Assembly (NCBI GenBank): GCA_020435205.1
Contig: JAGQZY010000003.1
Coordinates: 1,537-65,536, forward strand
From: Bdellovibrionales bacterium
GTDB lineage: Bacteria > Bdellovibrionota > Bdellovibrionia > Bdellovibrionales > JAGQZY01
Length of the DNA: 64,000 nucleotides
Reading direction: 5' to 3'
In this document: positions 57,752 to 64,000 of the stretch, one piece after another
Numbering within the stretch: position 1 is the first letter of the stretch
How the letters are laid out: every line of letters begins with the position of its first letter
Program-made: the position numbers and the translations under genes
The notes under the pieces: model-generated
Database searches by the model: none
Told to the model about the DNA's origin: nothing
The model's input: the letters and a program-made list of their open reading frames with translations, nothing else

Positions 57752-58219
57752 GTGGAACAAGAACTAAGAGGGCGCTTTCAGATAAAGCTCGATGGCAAAG
57801 GACGATTGGGTCTGCCGTCTGCTCTTCATCAAGGTTCCGAGAACTCGTCTTTCGTCATAACCAATAGCCAATACCAGGGAAGTCGTTGTCTGGACGTTTA
57901 TCGTGCCGACGAATGGGAAGCTCTCGAAGCTCGCATTGCGCAGATGTCATCTCTAAAAAGAGAGGTCCAGGCCTTTCAACGTTTTTATATCGCTGGTGGG
58001 CAAGCCGTGAATGGAGATTCTCAAGGCCGTTTACTTATTCCCAAGAGCTTACGCGAGTACGCAGGACTCGAAGACCAAATCGTCCTTGTTGGAATGGGCA
58101 AGAAACTGGAAATCTGGAATCTCACTGAATGGCAGAAGATATTTGACAACTTGGCAACACAGTTTGAAGACACCCTCAACGTGATTGCTAGCCTCGATAT
58201 GGGAGCCGGACATGCATAG
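57752..58219 (+). CDS. mraZ: Transcriptional regulator MraZ
   Basis: LRGRFQIKLDGKGRLGLPSAL and a second half GDSQGRLLIPKSLREYAGL form the duplicated SpoVT/AbrB-like DxxGR motifs. GTG start with the SD AGGA 7 nt upstream. Confidence 0.9.
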   Translation: MEQELRGRFQIKLDGKGRLGLPSALHQGSENSSFVITNSQYQGSRCLDVYRADEWEALEARIAQMSSLKREVQAFQRFYIAGGQAVNGDSQGRLLIPKSLREYAGLEDQIVLVGMGKKLEIWNLTEWQKIFDNLATQFEDTLNVIASLDMGAGHA

Positions 58220-59162
58220 TCAAAATCATTATCCCGTTATGTTGAATGAAGTTATGGATATGTTTGCGCAAGCAGACATTGAAAACCCAAGTCACAATTA
58301 TCTCGATGGAACTTTTGGCCGAGGCGGGCATGCGCGTGCTTTGATCGATCGTTTCCCTGAGTTGAGTCTTTATGCCTTGGACAAAGACAAAGAGGCCATT
58401 GAGCATGGAAAAGAACAATTTGCTCAGCGGGCAAAAAATAAAAAGTTTTTTATAGAACAAGCCAGTTTCGCAAGTCTCGATAAAGTAATCGAAGATAAAC
58501 ACTGGCCAGCAAAGTATGACATGATCCTCTTGGACCTTGGTGTCAGCTCCCCCCAGCTTGACCAAGGGTCCAGAGGATTCAGTTTTTATCATCAAGGTCC
58601 TCTTGATATGCGCATGGATCAAAGAGCTCCCCTTACTGCCGAAGAAATTATTAATTATTGGAGTGAAGAAGAGTTGGTAGATATTTTTCGCGATTATGGT
58701 GAAGTGTTCCGCCCATATAATGTGGTGAAGTCCATCATTCGCGAGCGAAAAAAGGGATCCATCTCTTCAACGTCTGATCTTTCTGGTCTTATTGAAAGAT
58801 CCGTCGGTTGGAAAAAGAAGGGCAAGCACCCCGCGACTCAGTACTTCATGGCCTTACGTCTGGTTGTGAATCGTGAGCTCGAGGATTTAAAAGAGGGTTT
58901 ACAAGCATTGATGAAGCGCTTGGTTCCTGGTGGTCGTTTGGTGGTTATCACTTTCCATTCCCTGGAAGATCGTATTGTGAAGCAGGTATTTAAAACCTCT
59001 GAGTATGGAAAGCCAGTCAACAAGAAGGTGATTAAGCCTACCCGCGAGGAAGAGCTTGAAAATAAGCGTTCGCGGAGCGCGAAACTTCGCGCCTTTGAAA
59101 GAATTATTGAACAGTCTTTAAAGCAAGAATTTGATAAACGACATGGAGGTCGTCATGAGTAA
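58212..59162 (+). CDS. rsmH: 16S rRNA (cytosine1402-N4)-methyltransferase RsmH (MraW)
   Basis: HYPVMLNEV...YLDGTFGRGGHA...LLDLGVSSPQLD...RGFSF...ITFHSLEDRIVK. The ATG at 58212 is preferred; it overlaps mraZ by 8 nt. Confidence 0.93.
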   Translation: MHSQNHYPVMLNEVMDMFAQADIENPSHNYLDGTFGRGGHARALIDRFPELSLYALDKDKEAIEHGKEQFAQRAKNKKFFIEQASFASLDKVIEDKHWPAKYDMILLDLGVSSPQLDQGSRGFSFYHQGPLDMRMDQRAPLTAEEIINYWSEEELVDIFRDYGEVFRPYNVVKSIIRERKKGSISSTSDLSGLIERSVGWKKKGKHPATQYFMALRLVVNRELEDLKEGLQALMKRLVPGGRLVVITFHSLEDRIVKQVFKTSEYGKPVNKKVIKPTREEELENKRSRSAKLRAFERIIEQSLKQEFDKRHGGRHE

Positions 59163-59454
59163 AAAGCAAGTCAAAACCCTAAAACCCTTTCTTAGTATTG
59201 TTATTTTGATGAGTTTTTTGTTTGTCTTTGCCTTCATCAAGATGGAAAATCGTCGTATGGGTTACAGTTTTTTGAAGTTAGCTAAAAAAGAAAAGCAACT
59301 GCGTAACCTCAAGCGGGACAAGCGTGTAAAATTGGCGCAAATGATGGACCCAGATCGGGTTCGCGTTTTAGCCACTCGACGTCTCCCGATGAAAAAAGCA
59401 AGCGACGGCCAAATAATACAAATGACCGGGGATGGAATTGCCGTCATCCAGTAG
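59155..59454 (+). CDS. ftsL: Cell division protein FtsL-like (small bitopic membrane protein)
   Basis: 99 aa with a single TM segment (LKPFLSIVILMSFLFVFAFI) followed by a short coiled coil. It lies between rsmH and ftsI. The ATG at 59155 overlaps the rsmH stop. Confidence 0.7.
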   Translation: MSKKQVKTLKPFLSIVILMSFLFVFAFIKMENRRMGYSFLKLAKKEKQLRNLKRDKRVKLAQMMDPDRVRVLATRRLPMKKASDGQIIQMTGDGIAVIQ

Positions 59455-61419
59455 GTGATGAAGAACCATAGAATTATAATTGTCTTTTTTTTCATAGTTG
59501 GGTTGTGGGGGGCGATGCTTGTACGCGGAGCCTACCTACAACTTTTGCCCAATCCCAAGCTCGAAAAAATCAAAACTCGCCAGTTTAGTAAAATTGTTCA
59601 GCTCTCATCCCGTCGCGGTGATATTCTTGATCGTAGTGGCCAAGAGATGGCCATCTCTGTCACGACCTATTCTCTGTTTGCTGACCCAAAAATTATTAAA
59701 GATCCTTACTCCACCGCAAAAAGACTCTCACGTTTTTTTGATATTCCTTTTAAAAGTATATATAGCAAAATCAAAAATAAAAAGCGGCGCTTCGTCTGGA
59801 TTCAGCGCCGCCTTGATGAAAAAACCTATAAAAAAATTCAAAAGTGGGATATTCGTGGTCTGGCTTTCAAAGAAGAGTTTTCCCGCGTTTATCCCCATAC
59901 CCAACTGGCCGCTCATACTTTGGGTTTTGTTGGCAATGAACAGCAGGGCTTGAGTGGACTTGAGCGCGAGTACCAATCGGTATTGAGTGGTGACGGAAAA
60001 CGCATTCATGTACAGCGGGATGCGCGCGGACGGCCGTTGGTTGAAGATGGTCACATTTTTGCGCAAACACCCGAAGGCTCGGATATCTATTTAACTATCG
60101 ATAAAGAACTCCAGTTTTGGGTAGAAAAGGAGCTGAGACAGGCTGTTGAAAAACATCAAGCCAAGGCCGCTTGGGCTGTTGTTTTAAATCCGGAAAATTC
60201 TGAGATTCTGTCAATGGCTTCCTATCCCGTCTTTGACGCCAACAAAGGCGCCAGGTCCAAGGGATCAAAAATGCGCAACAAAGTCATCCACGATGTTTAC
60301 GAAGTGGGCAGTGTGATGAAGGCTTTTACTATTGCTGGAGCTCTTAAACACAATGTGGTCGAACCCAATACAAAAATTAATACTGAAAATGGTGTTTTCC
60401 GCATCGGCAAAAGAAAGATAACCGAGGCGGATAGCAAGCACAATTTTAAAGAACTGACCGTCAGCGAAGTTTTATCTTATTCCTCTAATGTGGGGACCTC
60501 AAAAATCGCTCTGCTGATGACGGACTCCGTTCTTTATCAAACTTTGCAAGAGTTTGGTTTTACCGAAAAGACGGGCGTTGATCTCAGTGGTGAGGGTAAA
60601 GGTCTTTTATCCAAACCCCCTTGGCGTGATCATTTGACGGCTAATATTTCCTTTGGTCAGGGTGTTGCGGTGACAGCTTTACAGCTGGCCAATGCTTATG
60701 CCGCAATTGCCAACGGGGGAGTCCTTCATCAACCGTATTTAATTAAAGAGATTCGTGACATTGATAAGGGTGAAGTGATCAGAACGGAAAAAAAGGCAAT
60801 TCGTCGCGTTCTTAGCGAGGGCAATGCTAAACTCATGAAGATGATGCTTTCTCAGGTGGTGGCAGAAGGTGGTTCTGGCTACACAGCTCGAATTGACGGC
60901 TTTCCTGTAGCTGGTAAAACCGGAACCGCGCAAAGAGTGAACCCTGACGGCAGAGGTTACTTAAAGGGCGCTTATATATCTAATTTTGTCGGTTTTGTTC
61001 CAGCTAATGATCCCCAATATGTCATTTATGTGGCGATCGACACCCCTAAAAATGGATATTACGCCACCACCGTGGCAGCCCCTGTCTTTCGCAATATTGC
61101 TCACTTTGCTCTACGCAAACAAGGCGCGACTCCTGTCTATATGAGTGATGGCAATATTATCAAATCCAGTCGTGAGACTGCAGAACCTAAAGATATCGCT
61201 GTAAAAAAAGTGAACTTGAATACTTGGAAGGCAGTAGCTGAACCTCTGCAAAAAGTTCCTAGCTTAAAAGGCCTTACCCTTAGTGAAGTGTTGCGAACCT
61301 TACATGGCCAAGATGTGGATTTGCATATTCAGGGGCGTGGTAAGGTGGCAAAAAGTCAGCCGGGAGCTGGGGAGCTTTTAGGCAAAAATCGCAAGCTCAA
61401 GCTTCGTCTCAGCGAATAA
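59455..61419 (+). CDS. ftsI: Peptidoglycan D,D-transpeptidase FtsI (class B PBP) with a C-terminal PASTA-like domain
   Basis: N-terminal TM segment. SxxK motif GSVMKAF, SxN motif SYSSNVG, KTGT motif AGKTGTAQ. The C-terminal VPSLKGLTLSEVLRTLHGQDVDLHIQGRGKVAKSQP is PASTA-like. Start is GTG 59455 or ATG 59458. Confidence 0.9.
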   Translation: MMKNHRIIIVFFFIVGLWGAMLVRGAYLQLLPNPKLEKIKTRQFSKIVQLSSRRGDILDRSGQEMAISVTTYSLFADPKIIKDPYSTAKRLSRFFDIPFKSIYSKIKNKKRRFVWIQRRLDEKTYKKIQKWDIRGLAFKEEFSRVYPHTQLAAHTLGFVGNEQQGLSGLEREYQSVLSGDGKRIHVQRDARGRPLVEDGHIFAQTPEGSDIYLTIDKELQFWVEKELRQAVEKHQAKAAWAVVLNPENSEILSMASYPVFDANKGARSKGSKMRNKVIHDVYEVGSVMKAFTIAGALKHNVVEPNTKINTENGVFRIGKRKITEADSKHNFKELTVSEVLSYSSNVGTSKIALLMTDSVLYQTLQEFGFTEKTGVDLSGEGKGLLSKPPWRDHLTANISFGQGVAVTALQLANAYAAIANGGVLHQPYLIKEIRDIDKGEVIRTEKKAIRRVLSEGNAKLMKMMLSQVVAEGGSGYTARIDGFPVAGKTGTAQRVNPDGRGYLKGAYISNFVGFVPANDPQYVIYVAIDTPKNGYYATTVAAPVFRNIAHFALRKQGATPVYMSDGNIIKSSRETAEPKDIAVKKVNLNTWKAVAEPLQKVPSLKGLTLSEVLRTLHGQDVDLHIQGRGKVAKSQPGAGELLGKNRKLKLRLSE

Positions 61420-61531
61420 CCAATCATGAAATTTACTTATACACACCATAGCGATCTTTTATGATGATCTCGCAACCCCTTATTATTACTTGCTTGTAAA
61501 AGATTCTGAAAGCCCCCTCCAATTTATTCCC

Positions 61532-61561
61532 TTGACCAAGGTCCGTGTTTTTTGGTTATTT
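61532..61561 (+). promoter_or_regulatory. Sigma-70-type promoter candidate for the 61606 lipoprotein gene
   Basis: TTGACC-N18-TTATTT. It would place the TSS downstream of the ORF-track start at 61552, which supports the TTG at 61606. Confidence 0.3.
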
Positions 61562-61605
61562 ATCGCCTGCGCGTGAAACAAAGCGTCAACATATTGGGGG
61601 GTCAA

Positions 61606-63798
61606 TTGTTTAAAGCAGTAAAGCGTTTATCGCTTGTCTTTTTTATCGCATCCTATGTTTTGTCATGTACCGAAGCGCCTCAGAAGCCTCCGGGATCTAA
61701 CGAGGTTCCACCGTCTCCAGAAGTGAAGCTTCAAAGCTACAAGTCATACACTTACTTCCAGGAGAAACTCAAAACTGATCCAGACGTGTTCTCTCGTCCT
61801 GGGGAGTTGACTGGGGTGGGTTCTGCTGAGCAAGAAAAGCTCAAGCAAGAAAACCTACGCAAGCCCATCGTTTATGGTGTAGGTGCTGCCGGTATTACTA
61901 TGGATACCACTTTTGCGGACTCTGCAACTTTACTTACGCCTCCCTGGCGTGGCCCTTTTGATAACGGTCTGACATTTTACAACGAGCAAGTTGTCGTGTT
62001 CTGGAAGGATGAGGGCGATCGTAAGCCACAAATGATCATTCCATTAAAAGGTTACCTTGGAACCATGGAAGCCGGTAAGTTTGGTGCCCTTGATTTCCAA
62101 ACTAAGTTTTTATCTTACAAGGGTGACCAGCCTGAAGAGGGTGCGGCCCGTTTGATTCGCGAACTTTATCTCGAACTTGAGCAAGTGTCTGATACTTCTT
62201 ATAACTGCCTTGAAACCAGCCGCTGTCGTTTGATTTATGGTACAGCCAACCAGGCCAATATGGTGCTAGTGTTGCCTGGAGCGGTTTTCTTGCTAGCTAA
62301 GGAGGAGTTTCAACTCGCCGAAATCCGCATCATTCGTGACGTGGATCCCGGCATGCTCGCCAACAACATTGATTTGTTGAGTGGTGAAGTGTTGGTTCCT
62401 GGTGAGCTTCCTTTTCAGTTGGGGCAATCCTATGAAACTGTATTTGGCCGCATCAATGCGAGCCCAGTGAAGTCCACCCCTGAAGTTTACGTACGCACCG
62501 ATTTCATCGGGTATTCTTGGAATGGTTTTTGGTATTCATTTCATAGAACAAATTATGAAAACAATGTGGTGAAAGCTGAGCCAAGTGACATCACAAAGGT
62601 TCTTGAGCTGGGCACAGAGTTCCCCGCTTACCTAACTATCGGTGGTCAGCGCATCCTTATGACCCAAGGCGAGGGAACGGTTTCATTTAAACTAGAAATT
62701 AATCCTGATCCCAACACAGCTGATATTGATAATCTTCCCATCAGTGCGACAGAAATTGAGAGTAAGTTGAAAATGAACACTCCAGTGTTTCAACAAAACT
62801 CTATGGCTTTCGTTGAAAACTTCACGGCGTTCCTCGAGAATCATCTCAAATCTAACTTTGATGTGGTTCAAAACCGCGTGACTGGCTTCCAAAATGAAGC
62901 CAAGGCCCACAAAGAAATCACGGCTGTGATCACTGCCTTCAATAAAAATAGCCTCACTGGCGTAGGAATTATTTTCCAAGTGAACGAAGAGCAAGAAAAA
63001 ATGGGTTTCCTCAATGTTTCCTTGATTAACAACGAGGTTGAGCCCTTCAATCAACTCACTCTTCCGGCCTCTTTAGGTAATGTTGAGCGAGTCGCTGTTG
63101 AGCAGCCTGTGCTGAACAAATTTACAGGCCAGCCTGTGATTGATCCTGCGACTGGTCAAGCTGTGACCGAGATGAAAAAGTCCCCAGTGTTCACTGAACT
63201 TGCTGGTGTGGAACTGAACAGTCTTATCCGTTTGACTGAAATCGATGCCCTTGGCCGTAAAGAAGCCACGGCAGAGTACTTGAATCCTGATGGTAGCTCA
63301 GTGGGAGCAGGCATTAAAGCTCGCGTTCCTTATGAAGAGCAAAGCGTATTTGAAGTTCCTGAAGACAATCGCCCTCGTTCTCGTGACCAAGGTTTTATCA
63401 CCGTGGGCCTACGAGGCACAGTGCTTGGCTTGACTGTGATTGGCCAGGATAGCCAAGGCACTCTCGCTCGTGTGGTGAGCGTGAGCACAAACAATGTCTA
63501 TGGAACTGTAACTGACCTTTGTGGCCTCGGCAGCGACCTGGAGCTGAAGTTGGCCATGAAATCCAGCGATGTCTTAAATGATATTATCAAAGCTATCGAT
63601 TCTAAAAAAGTTTTGGACAAGAAATATAGCTGTGACTACTTCAAAGTAATGAATAATGGTGCCTTGGGCCTTATCAAAGAAATTTACTTCCCAAGCCAAC
63701 GTTTGAAATTGCAGTTTAGCAACAAAACCTTAGCTGCAGTGACGATTTACCTACCACTCAATGAGGTTGACACTACCATCCCGGGGGGGAACCAATGA
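61606..63798 (+). CDS. Large lipoprotein (about 730 aa), no recognised family
   Basis: The TTG at 61606 is preceded by GGGGGG 5 nt upstream and gives (M)FKAVKRLSLVFFIASYVLSC (lipobox). It is a long uninterrupted ORF with no motif I recognise. Confidence 0.7.
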   Translation: MFKAVKRLSLVFFIASYVLSCTEAPQKPPGSNEVPPSPEVKLQSYKSYTYFQEKLKTDPDVFSRPGELTGVGSAEQEKLKQENLRKPIVYGVGAAGITMDTTFADSATLLTPPWRGPFDNGLTFYNEQVVVFWKDEGDRKPQMIIPLKGYLGTMEAGKFGALDFQTKFLSYKGDQPEEGAARLIRELYLELEQVSDTSYNCLETSRCRLIYGTANQANMVLVLPGAVFLLAKEEFQLAEIRIIRDVDPGMLANNIDLLSGEVLVPGELPFQLGQSYETVFGRINASPVKSTPEVYVRTDFIGYSWNGFWYSFHRTNYENNVVKAEPSDITKVLELGTEFPAYLTIGGQRILMTQGEGTVSFKLEINPDPNTADIDNLPISATEIESKLKMNTPVFQQNSMAFVENFTAFLENHLKSNFDVVQNRVTGFQNEAKAHKEITAVITAFNKNSLTGVGIIFQVNEEQEKMGFLNVSLINNEVEPFNQLTLPASLGNVERVAVEQPVLNKFTGQPVIDPATGQAVTEMKKSPVFTELAGVELNSLIRLTEIDALGRKEATAEYLNPDGSSVGAGIKARVPYEEQSVFEVPEDNRPRSRDQGFITVGLRGTVLGLTVIGQDSQGTLARVVSVSTNNVYGTVTDLCGLGSDLELKLAMKSSDVLNDIIKAIDSKKVLDKKYSCDYFKVMNNGALGLIKEIYFPSQRLKLQFSNKTLAAVTIYLPLNEVDTTIPGGNQ

Positions 63799-64000
63799 TG
63801 AAGAGACTATTAATCGCTCTAGCGGCTTTGAGTTTATTTGCTGGTTGCGCCAAAAACCGCGACGTCGAACTCGTGCGTGATGGTGACAAGCAAAACGTAT
63901 TACCCAAGACTGCCTTTATTGGTGCCAACGAAGATGGATCTCGTGGGATTTGGTTAACCAAAATGACAATCATCGACACATCGGACGCCCCTGCCGGGAC
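63795..64000 (+). CDS. Lipoprotein, N-terminal part; gene continues off the right edge
   Basis: Absent from the ORF track. My translation from the ATG at 63795, which has an ATGA overlap with the upstream stop, gives MMKRLLIALAALSLFAGCAKNRDVELVRDGDKQNVLPKTAFIGANEDGSRGIWLTKMTIIDTSDAPAG, with lipobox LFAGC. Confidence 0.65.
   Translation, partial: MMKRLLIALAALSLFAGCAKNRDVELVRDGDKQNVLPKTAFIGANEDGSRGIWLTKMTIIDTSDAPAG

Noticed and set aside
1-64000. CRISPR arrays, transposases, integrases, prophage genes and toxin-antitoxin pairs.
   Set aside because: No spaced direct-repeat array, no recombinase/transposase motifs and no tRNA-flanked island were seen in any frame. The window looks like core chromosome with lineage-specific secreted-protein genes.

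Overview
This is a densely packed 64-kb chromosomal window with about 62 protein-coding genes and very short or overlapping junctions. I saw no rRNA, tRNA, CRISPR array, transposase or integrase. The gene content suggests a Bdellovibrio-like predatory bacterium, but this is inference only: four short flagellin paralogs, an extra MotAB stator pair, and many secreted proteases, Cys-rich proteins and NHL-propeller proteins.

Layout by region:
- 1-2.4 kb: 5' part of an S8 protease gene, and a sigma-54-driven secreted Cys-rich Ca-binding-like protein.
- 2.7-4.7 kb and 12.2-14.2 kb: two pairs of flagellin genes. They are separated by two Cys-rich secreted proteins, folA-thyA and an HD-domain dNTPase-like gene.
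- 14.3-17.1 kb: flaG-fliD-fliS plus a chaperone-like gene.
- 17.2-24.3 kb: a sigma-54 promoter followed by a TPR protein, two unknown proteins, an atypical histidine kinase, a CheY-like regulator, rsmD and an aminotransferase.
- 26.4-29.3 kb: a peptidase / PD40-propeller / beta-barrel fusion protein.
- 29.4-33.3 kb: pal, cpoB, tsaD, rsmA, smpB.
- 33.3-41.5 kb: a secreted-protein, NHL-propeller and small outer-membrane (OM) barrel locus.
- 40.9-45.6 kb: a tightly coupled operon of PEGA/TPR lipoprotein, MotA, MotB, a membrane-anchored FliG-like protein and an OM barrel. This is my best candidate for an undescribed system.
- 45.7-57.6 kb: housekeeping and signalling genes (rluB-like, dsbD, a DnaQ-like exonuclease with a WYL-like tail, an LspA fused to a 2TM+HAMP-like module, REC-GGDEF, an orphan substrate-binding protein (SBP), dacB, hpt, a UPRT-like gene).
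- 57.6-61.4 kb: mraZ-rsmH-ftsL-ftsI behind a five-box MraZ operator, followed by lipoprotein genes where murE would be expected.

By eye I also found three near-consensus sigma-54 promoters. One has no annotated gene and is bracketed by a terminator, making it a candidate sRNA or micro-ORF. I found several sigma-28 promoters and intrinsic terminators as well.

All functional calls come from motif recognition in the supplied translations and in my own translations. No searches were run.
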